From assembly GCA_964467585.1 (NCBI GenBank), contig CAYXRF010000001.1, positions 242,250 through 306,249 of the forward strand: a stretch of DNA of 64,000 nt, read 5' to 3'. Below are positions 29,595-38,480 of this stretch, one piece after another (position 1 is the first letter of the stretch; the number at the start of each line of letters is the position of its first letter). A program made the position numbers and the translations under genes. This DNA is from an uncultured Oscillospiraceae bacterium. Lineage in GTDB: Bacteria > Bacillota > Clostridia > Christensenellales > CAG-138. The notes beneath the pieces were generated by a model, which saw nothing but the letters and a program-made list of their open reading frames with translations, had not been told where the DNA came from and searched no databases.

Positions 29595-31447
29595 TGGAAA
29601 AGTCGACATCCGCGCTTAAAGAGCAGGAATTCAACCAAAAGGTTGACTTCAAAATATGGAAACGTTTGATAGACTATGCACTCAAATATAAAATGCTGGT
29701 GCTTCGCACAATTATTGCACTTGTGGTGGTCGCTGCCGTGGATCTTTTGTATCCGCAGTTCTCAAGGTATGCAATAGATCACATTATTGTTGCGGACAGG
29801 CTTGACATACTGCCATGGTTTGCAATTGCGTATGTGGCTGCGGTATTACTGCAGGGAATTGGTGTTGTGCTGTTTATCAAAGGCTCCGGGAAGCTTGAAA
29901 TGAACATGGCGTATGATATCCGTCAGGACGCCTTTCGAAAGCTGCAGCAGCTGTCATTTTCATACTATGATAAAACCGCAGTGGGCTACATAATGGCACG
30001 AATGGTAAGCGACATCGCAAGACTCAGCGAGCTTATCGCGTGGAGCGTTGTTGACATTTTGTGGGCTTCAGGATATGTTATTGGCGTAATAATCATTATG
30101 CTGACAATGAATCCAAAGCTTGCGCTCATTGTAATAGCCGTGCTGCCGCCGCTTGCGATAATATGTATGTATTTCCAGAAAAAGATACTCAAGCATTACC
30201 GTATAGTTCGCAAGCAAAACTCAAAGATAACAGGCGCATTTAACGAGGGTATTATGGGCGCGGTCACAACCAAAACTCTGGTCAGAGAGGAAAGAAACGC
30301 AGAGGAATTTCAAAGCGAAACAGGGCAAATGCGAAAAGCTGCGATAAAAGCTGCGGTGCTCTCGGCTATGTTCACACCGATTGTAATGTGCCTTGGCTCT
30401 GTCGGTACAGGTTTGGCGCTGTATGCGGGAGGTATGAGCGTTACTTCAGCGTGGGAGGGAGCGTTCGGAGTTATGACCGTTGGTACTCTGGCGTCTTTCA
30501 TCTCATATTCAACCGGATTGTTTGACCCGATTCAGCAGCTTGCGGGAATATTTGCAGAGATGCAAAGCGCGCAGGCAAGCGCCGAACGCGTAATCACGCT
30601 TATTGATACTCCGTGCGACATAATTGACAGCGAGGACGTTATAAAGAAGTATGGGGATTGCTTTGAACCTAAGCGTGAGAATTGGGAACCTATACGAGGT
30701 GACGTTACGTTTGAACATGTCAGCTTTGCATACAAGGGCGGTGAAAGCGTTCTGCACGACTTCAACCTTGACGTCAAAGCGGGCGAGAATATTGCGCTTG
30801 TCGGAGAGACGGGAGCAGGCAAAAGCACGATTGTAAACCTTGTGTGCCGCTTTTATGAACCGACGGAGGGACGCATCCTTATTGATGGAGTAGACTATCG
30901 GGAGCGCAGTCAGCTTTGGCTGCAGGATAGGCTGGGATATGTGCTTCAGCAGCCGCACCTTTTCTCTTGCAGCATAAAGGAAAACATTCGTTACGGCAGA
31001 CGTGAAGCTACTGATGAGGAGGTTTACGCAGCCGCAAAGCTTGTGCATGCCGAGGAGTTTATTCTCGCACAGGAAAACGGTTATGATACAGAGGTTGGAG
31101 AGGGCGGAGGCAGACTTTCGACAGGGCAAAAGCAGCTTATCAGCTTTGCAAGGGTGATACTTGCCGATCCGAGAATATTTGTGTTGGACGAGGCTACAAG
31201 CTCAATTGACACGGAAACCGAGCAGCTAATCCAACATGCAATTACCAAGGTGTTGGAGCATCGTACAAGCTTTATTGTAGCGCATCGCCTTTCAACCATA
31301 CGTTCCGCCGACAGAATACTTGTTATACGTGACGGGCGAATAACCGAATCGGGCACGCATAAAGAGCTTCTCAAGCTAAAGGGCTATTACTACGATCTCT
31401 ACACAACTCAGTTCAGAGAGGAAACAACGACCGATATTCTTAATTGA
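29594..31447 (+). CDS. ABC transporter permease/ATP-binding protein (exporter half-transporter, subunit 2)
   Basis: Walker A GETGAGKST, signature LSTGQKQL, Walker B IFVLDEATS. TAATG overlap with subunit 1 suggests a heterodimer. Confidence 0.9.
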   Translation: MEKSTSALKEQEFNQKVDFKIWKRLIDYALKYKMLVLRTIIALVVVAAVDLLYPQFSRYAIDHIIVADRLDILPWFAIAYVAAVLLQGIGVVLFIKGSGKLEMNMAYDIRQDAFRKLQQLSFSYYDKTAVGYIMARMVSDIARLSELIAWSVVDILWASGYVIGVIIIMLTMNPKLALIVIAVLPPLAIICMYFQKKILKHYRIVRKQNSKITGAFNEGIMGAVTTKTLVREERNAEEFQSETGQMRKAAIKAAVLSAMFTPIVMCLGSVGTGLALYAGGMSVTSAWEGAFGVMTVGTLASFISYSTGLFDPIQQLAGIFAEMQSAQASAERVITLIDTPCDIIDSEDVIKKYGDCFEPKRENWEPIRGDVTFEHVSFAYKGGESVLHDFNLDVKAGENIALVGETGAGKSTIVNLVCRFYEPTEGRILIDGVDYRERSQLWLQDRLGYVLQQPHLFSCSIKENIRYGRREATDEEVYAAAKLVHAEEFILAQENGYDTEVGEGGGRLSTGQKQLISFARVILADPRIFVLDEATSSIDTETEQLIQHAITKVLEHRTSFIVAHRLSTIRSADRILVIRDGRITESGTHKELLKLKGYYYDLYTTQFREETTTDILN

Positions 31448-31476
31448 GCGACAGTCAATCATTGCAGGCAAAATGA

Positions 31477-31508
31477 AACGGCGTCATGGCAAAAGCCTTG
31501 GCGCCGTT
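31477..31508 (+). terminator. Possible terminator after the ABC operon
   Basis: Stem aacggcg/cgccgtt with an inner ggc/gcc pairing. The T tract is weak (aatttatt). Confidence 0.4.
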
Positions 31509-31520
31509 AATTTATTGCAC

Positions 31521-31548
31521 AAAAAAGGGGCACACTCACGAACGCCCC
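31521..31548 (-). terminator. Terminator of the GT2 gene
   Basis: Minus-strand stem ggggc/gcccc, followed by T6. Confidence 0.55.
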
Positions 31549-31564
31549 ATACAATCGGTTATGT

Positions 31565-32512
31565 TCAGATATTGATATCCTCAGCCACGATATAAAGGGG
31601 GCGATTTTTTAGTTCATCGTACATGCGATTCATATACATCCCCTGAACAGACATAAACATCAGCGTTGCACCCTGAACCGCAACAAGCCCGCACAGCGCC
31701 CAAAGCCAAGCGGGGAAGGCGATCGCACAGCACGCAAGCACAATAAGTGCAACAAGTCCCAATGCGTCAAGCAAAAGCAGAGCGGCGCCAAACTCTCCGC
31801 AAAGAGTCAATGGGCGGTCAGAAAAACCAACTATTCCGTCCATCGCAAGACGCAGCATCTTTTTTAGAGTGTATTTGGTTTTGCCCGCATAACGTTCGTT
31901 CCTGACATATTCGACAGGGACGGCTTCAAAGCCCATCCATCCGCTCATGCCGCGCAAAAAGCGGTTGTGCTCACGCATCTTGAGGAACACATCCGCGACC
32001 TTGCGGTCAAGCAGGCGGAAATCGCCCGTATCAAGGGGGATGGGGTAGGCGCTCATTGAGCTAAGCAAGCGATAGTACACAAATGCGGTAAGCTTTTTGA
32101 ATATTGTTTCACCTTTGCGTTTGAGCCGCTTGCCGTATGCGATATCTGCGCCCTTTTCCCATGCATCGACCATCTCGGCTATAACCTCAGGCGGATCCTG
32201 CAGATCAACGTCAATAATTATAAGTGCGTCGCCACGAGCGGCGTCCATGCCGCATGTTACGGCAGTTTGATGCCCAAAATTTCGGCTGAAACAGCGAACC
32301 TTAACATTGGGGTGTGCTCCGGCGATTTCACGCAATATCCTCATGGAGCCGTCGCGGCTGCCATCGTTAACATAAATTATCTCATACGGATAGCCAAGCT
32401 TTAGCATTGCATCGTTCATTCTTTCAAACGAGACAGATAATACGTCCTCTTCATTGTAAACAGGAACGATAAGCGAAAGCAGCTTATCCTTTTTGACAGT
32501 TTCTGAGCTCAT
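31565..32512 (-). CDS. GT2 polyprenol-phosphate glycosyltransferase (GtrB/DPM1-like, two C-terminal TM helices)
   Basis: LSLIVPVYNEEDVL...YEIIYVNDGSRDGS...IIIDVDLQDPPE, plus a C-terminal membrane hairpin. Confidence 0.85.
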   Translation of the reverse strand: MSSETVKKDKLLSLIVPVYNEEDVLSVSFERMNDAMLKLGYPYEIIYVNDGSRDGSMRILREIAGAHPNVKVRCFSRNFGHQTAVTCGMDAARGDALIIIDVDLQDPPEVIAEMVDAWEKGADIAYGKRLKRKGETIFKKLTAFVYYRLLSSMSAYPIPLDTGDFRLLDRKVADVFLKMREHNRFLRGMSGWMGFEAVPVEYVRNERYAGKTKYTLKKMLRLAMDGIVGFSDRPLTLCGEFGAALLLLDALGLVALIVLACCAIAFPAWLWALCGLVAVQGATLMFMSVQGMYMNRMYDELKNRPLYIVAEDINI

Positions 32513-32762
32513 ACAAAATCAACCTCCGTACATCTTCATAAGCGGACATTGTTTCCGCAACAAGATTATACCAAACAATCCTCCGTATTAAAGCCCGACA
32601 GAGCATAACTTAACAAATATATTATATCTGTTGAATATATAAACTTTCATATTTTATACAATTGTGCTATTCTATTGGTTGGACGAGCAGGTTCGTCAGC
32701 GGCAGCTCCGCAGGCGGAAATCGTCCCCGACATTTATCAAACAATAAGGAGTCGAGGTAACT

Positions 32763-33068
32763 ATGAGGATTGAAGATCATCCAATACTCACATTCGACAG
32801 AGGCAAACCGATCAACTTCACCTTTGACGGTCAAAGCATGGTGGGTTATGAAGGGGAGTCTATCGCGGCAGCCCTTCATGCAAATGGCGTCAGAGTGCTT
32901 GCACACAGCGCTGAAAAGCAGCGCCCACGCGGCTTTTACTGCGCCATAGGGAACTGCTCAAGCTGTATGATGGTTGTTGACGGTGTTCCAAATGTCAAAA
33001 CCTGTATAACCGAGCTTCGTGACGGCATGATTGTTGAGAGGCAGAAAGGCAAGGGCGTAATAGTATGA
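32763..33068 (+). CDS. [2Fe-2S]-binding small subunit (sarcosine-oxidase-alpha N-terminal / HcnA-like)
   Basis: GESIAAALHANGVRVL...RPRGFYCAIGNCSSCMMVVDGVPNVKTC. Confidence 0.75.
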   Translation: MRIEDHPILTFDRGKPINFTFDGQSMVGYEGESIAAALHANGVRVLAHSAEKQRPRGFYCAIGNCSSCMMVVDGVPNVKTCITELRDGMIVERQKGKGVIV

Positions 33069-34147
33069 TTAACACTCGGCTTTTGATAATTGGCGGAGGG
33101 CCCGCCGGGCTTTGCGCCGCGATATCGGCAGCTGAAGCGGGCAGCGACGTTCTTATTGTTGAACGCAACCCCCGTATTGGCGGGCAGCTTATCAAGCAGA
33201 CGCATATGTTTTTCGGCTCGGAACGTCAATATGCTTCAACACGTGGCATTGACATAGTGGGCATCCTTATGGACAAGCTAAAAGCGTATGGCGACAGAGT
33301 TCGTATTCTTACAGACACTACAATACTCGGCATATATGAGGACGGCATAGTTACAGCTCTTCACAAGGAGGATGACTATTTCAAAATCAAACCCGATGCG
33401 ATTGTCGTTGCAACAGGTGCGTCTGAGAAAGCGCTTGCTTTTCCGAACAACGATCTTCCCGGCATATATGGAGCGGGAGCCGTTCAAACCCTTATGAACG
33501 TGTACGGGGTTAAACCCGGAGACCGCGTTCTTATGGTTGGCGCGGGAAACATCGGTCTTATTGTCAGCTATCAGCTTATGCAGGCAGGCGTGCAGGTCGC
33601 GGCGATACTTGACGCCGCGCCAAAGATCGGCGGCTATCTTGTCCATGCCGCAAAAATCAGAAGGATGGGCGTTCCGATTATGGTGAGCCACACGGTAAAA
33701 GAGGCGATTGGCAAGGACTGCCTTGAAAGCGTTGTAATATGCGCTGTTGATGAACGATTCCGTCCAATCGAAGGCACAGAACAGACTATTGACTGTGACG
33801 TGTGCTGCATATCTGTCGGACTTACCCCTTTGGGAGAATTGCTTGCGATGGCAGGTTGTCAGATGAAATACATTCCGCAGCTTTCAGGTACGGTTCCGAT
33901 GAGAAATGCTGAGTATCAAACAACGATACCCAATATATTTGTCGCCGGCGATGTGTCCGGCATTGAGGAAGCATCCTCCGCTATGGTCGAGGGATATCTT
34001 GCGGGGCTTTGCGCCGCAAATTACGTTGGATGTACGCATCCCGAATATGAGGCGAAGAAGGCAGATTACACGGAACAGCTGCGTCAGCTTCGCGGCGGGC
34101 CTGTCGGAAAGCGCATACTTGACGGCATTGCCCTTCAAATGAATTGA
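33065..34147 (+). CDS. NAD(P)/FAD-dependent (pyridine nucleotide-disulfide type) oxidoreductase subunit
   Basis: Two Rossmann motifs, IIGGGPAGLCAAISAA and MVGAGNIGLIVSYQL, plus the GD motif FVAGDVSG. ATGA overlap with the upstream gene. Confidence 0.8.
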   Translation: MINTRLLIIGGGPAGLCAAISAAEAGSDVLIVERNPRIGGQLIKQTHMFFGSERQYASTRGIDIVGILMDKLKAYGDRVRILTDTTILGIYEDGIVTALHKEDDYFKIKPDAIVVATGASEKALAFPNNDLPGIYGAGAVQTLMNVYGVKPGDRVLMVGAGNIGLIVSYQLMQAGVQVAAILDAAPKIGGYLVHAAKIRRMGVPIMVSHTVKEAIGKDCLESVVICAVDERFRPIEGTEQTIDCDVCCISVGLTPLGELLAMAGCQMKYIPQLSGTVPMRNAEYQTTIPNIFVAGDVSGIEEASSAMVEGYLAGLCAANYVGCTHPEYEAKKADYTEQLRQLRGGPVGKRILDGIALQMN

Positions 34148-34158
34148 GGTGACAGCTT

Positions 34159-34662
34159 ATGAGTATTGATATTCTTGAAAAAACAGGCATCCCCACAGAG
34201 GACATGATACATTCAAAATTTCCTTCGATTGAACGCATAAATCGTGGGCGCGTTGCCGTTGCGGAATGCTATCAGCGCATTTCCTGCAATCCGTGTCAAA
34301 GCTCATGCAACTTCTCCGCGATAAATGTTGGCGATGATATCAACAACACTCCGGAAATATCCTTTGACAGGTGTGTGGGCTGCGGTGCTTGTCTCACAAA
34401 ATGTCCCGGGCTTGCAATCATGCTTGTTGACGGAAGCAAAGGGGCGGACTCAATTGAAGTCAGCATTCCATATGAGTTTTTGCCACTGCCCACAGTAGGT
34501 GAGACGGTTGAAGCGCTTGACCGCACGGGAGCGGCAATTGCGGAGGGCAAGGTAACACAGGTGCTGAACCAAAAGGGATTTGACCGCACACCCATCGTGC
34601 GTTTTATAGTTGGGCGAGAGTATTTATACACGGTGCGAAACATTCGCTTGAAAAGGAAGTGA
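34159..34662 (+). CDS. 4Fe-4S ferredoxin-like subunit
   Basis: CNPCQSSC and CVGCGACLTKCP cysteine motifs. Confidence 0.75.
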   Translation: MSIDILEKTGIPTEDMIHSKFPSIERINRGRVAVAECYQRISCNPCQSSCNFSAINVGDDINNTPEISFDRCVGCGACLTKCPGLAIMLVDGSKGADSIEVSIPYEFLPLPTVGETVEALDRTGAAIAEGKVTQVLNQKGFDRTPIVRFIVGREYLYTVRNIRLKRK

Positions 34663-34667
34663 GCAAT

Positions 34668-34955
34668 ATGAACGAAATGGATAACACAATCATCTGTCGC
34701 TGTTCAGACGTTACTCTTGGCGATATCCGCAAGCTTATTGCCGATGGGTATACCAGCTTTGACGAGATAAAGCGTATTACGCGCTGTGGAATGGGGCCGT
34801 GTCAGGGTAAGACCTGCCAGCAGTTGATTCAGAGAGAGATTGCTGTTGCCACAGGTAAACCCATATCAGAGCTTGTCGATCAAACTACGCGTCCGCCGAC
34901 TGTCGGCGTGCGGCTTGAGCTTATCGCAAAGGAGGCATACCGCGATGAAAACTAA
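34668..34955 (+). CDS. BFD-like [2Fe-2S]-binding small protein
   Basis: IICRCSDVTLGDIRKLI...RCGMGPCQGKTC. AAGGAAG RBS 8 nt before ATG 34668; the ORF track starts at GTG 34659. Confidence 0.7.
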   Translation: MNEMDNTIICRCSDVTLGDIRKLIADGYTSFDEIKRITRCGMGPCQGKTCQQLIQREIAVATGKPISELVDQTTRPPTVGVRLELIAKEAYRDEN

Positions 34956-36093
34956 TGCTGATGTTGTAATTATCGGCGGAGGTATAACCGGCTGCTCCAT
35001 AGCCTATAACCTTGCCATGAAGGGCGTAAAGAATATCGTGGTGCTTGAAAAGCGTTATGTTTGCAGTGGTTCTACCGGTTGCTGCGGTGCGGGTATCAGA
35101 ATGCAGTGGGGCACCGAAATGAACTGCCGTATGTCTAAATTCAGTACCGAATTTTATGAACACGCAAACGATACGCTTGAATATGAAGGCGATATTGAAT
35201 TCAAGCAAAAGGGCTATCTGTTGATTGCCGATACCGAGCATGAGATAGAGCAATTCAAAAAGAATGTTGAAGTTCAAAATGCCTGTGGGATTCCCGCAAG
35301 CATGATGTCCCTTTCAGACGCCAAGGCGTTAGTTCCGCATCTTAACACCGACATATTGTTGGGTGCCGCATTCTGTGAAAAGGACGGCTTCCTTAATCCG
35401 TTCAAAACCACTGACGCATTCTATCGTGCAGCGCGTCGCATGGGTGTTGAGTTTAACACATTTACAACCGTTACCGATATAATTGTTGAAAATGGACGTG
35501 TAAAGGCAGTTGTTACCGACAAGGGTACCATCAACACTCCAATTGTCGTGAACTGTGCGGGTGGGTTCTCGTATGACATATCGCATATGGCAGGCATTGA
35601 GCTTCCGGTTTATCGTGAACGTCATCAGATACTTGTAACCGAGCCTGTCGAGCCAATGCAGGATCCTATGGTAATGGCTTTTGGCCTTAATCTCTATGTA
35701 CAGCAGTCGCCGCACGGTTCATTCATTATGGGCAGAGGCGATTCAAACGAGCCACGCGACGGCAGACGCACTTCCACATGGCAGTTTCTTGAGGAAATGG
35801 CGAAAACTATTGATAATGTGCTTCCGGCAATCGGCAAGCTGAGGGTAATACGTCAATGGGCGGGGCTTTACAACATGACGCCTGATCGTCAGCCCGTATA
35901 CGATAAGTCCGAACAGGTTGATGGCTTCTATATGGCAATCGGATTCTCCGGACACGGATTTATGTTTGGACCGGTAACAGGCGTTGTTATGTCCGATATG
36001 ATTACGGGAAGTCAACCGCGCATAGACGCTTCAAGGCTTAAGCTCCGTCGGTTTGCGGAGGGAGACCTGTTTGTAGAGCCATCGGTTGTATAA
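34945..36093 (+). CDS. FAD-dependent (DAO family) amine/amino-acid dehydrogenase subunit (sarcosine oxidase beta / proline dehydrogenase beta / HcnC-like)
   Basis: DVVIIGGGITGCSIAYNLA; length and pattern fit the DAO family. AAGGAGG at 34929-34935 precedes ATG 34945, which overlaps the upstream gene. Confidence 0.8.
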   Translation: MKTNADVVIIGGGITGCSIAYNLAMKGVKNIVVLEKRYVCSGSTGCCGAGIRMQWGTEMNCRMSKFSTEFYEHANDTLEYEGDIEFKQKGYLLIADTEHEIEQFKKNVEVQNACGIPASMMSLSDAKALVPHLNTDILLGAAFCEKDGFLNPFKTTDAFYRAARRMGVEFNTFTTVTDIIVENGRVKAVVTDKGTINTPIVVNCAGGFSYDISHMAGIELPVYRERHQILVTEPVEPMQDPMVMAFGLNLYVQQSPHGSFIMGRGDSNEPRDGRRTSTWQFLEEMAKTIDNVLPAIGKLRVIRQWAGLYNMTPDRQPVYDKSEQVDGFYMAIGFSGHGFMFGPVTGVVMSDMITGSQPRIDASRLKLRRFAEGDLFVEPSVV

Positions 36094-36127
36094 CGGCTTT
36101 TGAAAGCGGTCTGTATTAATGATTTTT

Positions 36128-36162
36128 CAACGCCTTCCCTACAATTATGTGGGAAGGCGTTG
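36128..36162. terminator. Hairpin between convergent genes (bidirectional terminator candidate)
   Basis: 12-bp stem caacgccttccc/gggaaggcgttg. Confidence 0.6.
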
Positions 36163-36196
36163 TTATGCTCATTTTCAATTTCTGTCGGTATGCCTT

Positions 36197-36868
36197 TTAC
36201 TCCTCGGCAGCAGTATCGCGGCTGAGAACCTCATCAATTGTTGCTTCAATGGCAATTTCTATCGCCGCCTGCATATCGTCCATTCTCATAAATGGCACGC
36301 TTTTGCGATTGGCGTTACCCTCAACCTGCTCACAGGAATAGGGAACGTGGATAAAACCTGCAAGAGGTGCATTTTTAATGTCTTTTAACGCATTAAGTAC
36401 GCCATACATAAGCGTGTTGCACACATACGTCCCCGCGCTGTTTGATACAGCGCACGGCAAACCGTTTTTGTTGACGGAGTTAACTATGCGCTTTATCGGA
36501 AGCGTCGAAAATAAAGCGGCATCGCCCTCATCACATATCGGCATATCAACAGGCATATATCCGGCATTGTCCGGTATTGTGGCGTCCATAATGTTGATCG
36601 CAACCCTCTCAGGAGTAACCGCCGATCTTCCTCCCGCCTGACCAAGCATCAAAACAGCAGCGGGGGAGAGACGATCAATGCTTTCGAGAGCAATGCGGAC
36701 GCAGCGCTCAAACTCAACAGGAAGTAATAGCTTCTTAACGGAAAAATTGCGGAATGCGTTCGGAAGCCGTGACAGTATCGTTTCGGTCGGATTAACCGCG
36801 TCTCCGCCGAATGGCATAAATGCGGTTACAAGTATGCACGGACGTCTACAATCAGTCATCGGCGACAT
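36197..36868 (-). CDS. pcp: Pyroglutamyl-peptidase I (pyrrolidone-carboxylate peptidase)
   Basis: ILVTAFMPFGGDAVNPTE...GQAGGR...SNSAGTYVCNTLMYG (Cys nucleophile context). The start is ATG 36868 or 36859. Either one overlaps the 3' end of the upstream MFS gene. Confidence 0.88.
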   Translation of the reverse strand: MSPMTDCRRPCILVTAFMPFGGDAVNPTETILSRLPNAFRNFSVKKLLLPVEFERCVRIALESIDRLSPAAVLMLGQAGGRSAVTPERVAINIMDATIPDNAGYMPVDMPICDEGDAALFSTLPIKRIVNSVNKNGLPCAVSNSAGTYVCNTLMYGVLNALKDIKNAPLAGFIHVPYSCEQVEGNANRKSVPFMRMDDMQAAIEIAIEATIDEVLSRDTAAEE

Positions 36869-38396
36869 CCAAAGCTTCAATGCCGCGCTTTGCGATGGGC
36901 TTACTGTCGCCATGCTTAACAAGCAGCATGGTAATAAAAGCGCAGGCAACAAAAACGGTGGCATACGGGAACAGCACGGTCATACCGAATTTATCCATCA
37001 ATAGGCCGCTGAAGAATGGTGTTAACGCCTGAGCGCCCATACTTGCAGCGTAATAAAAGCCGGTATACTTGCCAACCTTTCCACCGCGTGCAAGCTCAAC
37101 CACCATCGGGAAGCTGTTAACATTGATTGTTGCCCATCCGATACCGGCAAGTGCAAACATGCAGTTCATGAGAGCGGGGGAGCTGTCATCGCGGAGGAAT
37201 GACGCCACAAAGAAAGCTGCCGTCAGCATAACAACACCAGCAAGAATGGTTTTCTTTCGTCCGATTTTGGATGAAATGATTCCTACGGGAAGATACGAGA
37301 CGATAGCGGCGATATTTGCTATCATCAGGGTGAGGTTGTAGTCAAGATGAAGAATTTTTGTTGCATACACCGAATATTTTGACGTCACGGCATTGTAGCC
37401 AAAATACCATAGGGCAACGGAGCCAAGTATCAAAAGCAAAGAGGCAAGCTCAGATTTACTCAGCCTGCGTTTGCCCTCTTCAGTGTTTTCAGAGTCGTCA
37501 ATGCCTAACTTTTCGCTCTCATCCCTCATTTCCTGCGCAAACTTTGGCTCCTTGACAGTAAAGAGGAATGCCACGAGAGCAATCAGCATTATGACGCCGA
37601 CTATGGTAAAAAAGAGAGTATAGCTCATATATGCGTTTTCGACTTTTCCGGTGCCGAACAGTATGCCAAGACCAAGCACAAGAATACCGCCCGCTGAGCC
37701 CATAAGGTTGATTATTGCGTTTGCTTTGGAACGCAGGGGCTTGATGGTAACATCCGGCATGAGCGCAACGGCAGGAGAACGGAAAATCGCCATTGAAACA
37801 AGGGTAATTAACAGTATGCCGATAAAGAACCAAAGCGTAAGCTGATGCATATCGGTAACATTTGCGGCATATGCCTGCTGCGCAGGAACAACATAGCTGC
37901 TCCATTCGTTGTCGCCGTCTGCCTCAGTTGAGTCAAGCGTTATGCCGACAAACTCATCCTCGCTGAACTTCTCTCGGATTATATACTTGTCACCGTCAGG
38001 AGTAAGAAGCTCCATATTGGAAACCGATTCATCGTCATACAACACCTGAAGCGTTGTTGAATCAGTTGCGGTTATGTCGCTGATATTCTTGAGCTGGGCG
38101 TTATCAACGAAAGTCAGACCGATAAAGGCTGCTACCGCCACAATGGTTCCTACAAATATGAAGGGCGTTCTTTTGCCGAAACGGCTTGTACATTTGTCGG
38201 ATATTGCGCCAAACAGAGGAAGCATGAACAGAGCAAGTATGTTGTCAAGCGCCATAACAATGCCTGAAGACGCTTGCGTCATGCCAAACTTATCTGTCAG
38301 TATCTTGGGAATAATATTGTCATATGTCTGCCAGAACATTGTTATGAGGAAAAATGCAAAACCAACGCAAATAGTTCTCCAATACTTTAGCTTCAT
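36852..38396 (-). CDS. MFS transporter (GPH/SLC45-like) with a ~90-aa soluble insert between TM3 and TM4
   Basis: 12-TM pattern, with GAISDKCTSRFGKRTPFI after TM2. AAGGAGGC RBS before ATG 38396. Confidence 0.8.
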   Translation of the reverse strand: MKLKYWRTICVGFAFFLITMFWQTYDNIIPKILTDKFGMTQASSGIVMALDNILALFMLPLFGAISDKCTSRFGKRTPFIFVGTIVAVAAFIGLTFVDNAQLKNISDITATDSTTLQVLYDDESVSNMELLTPDGDKYIIREKFSEDEFVGITLDSTEADGDNEWSSYVVPAQQAYAANVTDMHQLTLWFFIGILLITLVSMAIFRSPAVALMPDVTIKPLRSKANAIINLMGSAGGILVLGLGILFGTGKVENAYMSYTLFFTIVGVIMLIALVAFLFTVKEPKFAQEMRDESEKLGIDDSENTEEGKRRLSKSELASLLLILGSVALWYFGYNAVTSKYSVYATKILHLDYNLTLMIANIAAIVSYLPVGIISSKIGRKKTILAGVVMLTAAFFVASFLRDDSSPALMNCMFALAGIGWATINVNSFPMVVELARGGKVGKYTGFYYAASMGAQALTPFFSGLLMDKFGMTVLFPYATVFVACAFITMLLVKHGDSKPIAKRGIEALDVADD

Positions 38397-38480
38397 AACA
38401 GCCTCCTTGAAAACTTTGTTGAGAATATACGAAATAAACAACTATGTACATTTTAACATAAAAAAGGTATAATAACAACA

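Noticed and set aside
30509-31129. 206-aa minus-strand ORF.
   Set aside because: It is antisense to the second ABC transporter NBD, which has Walker A, signature and Walker B motifs on the plus strand.
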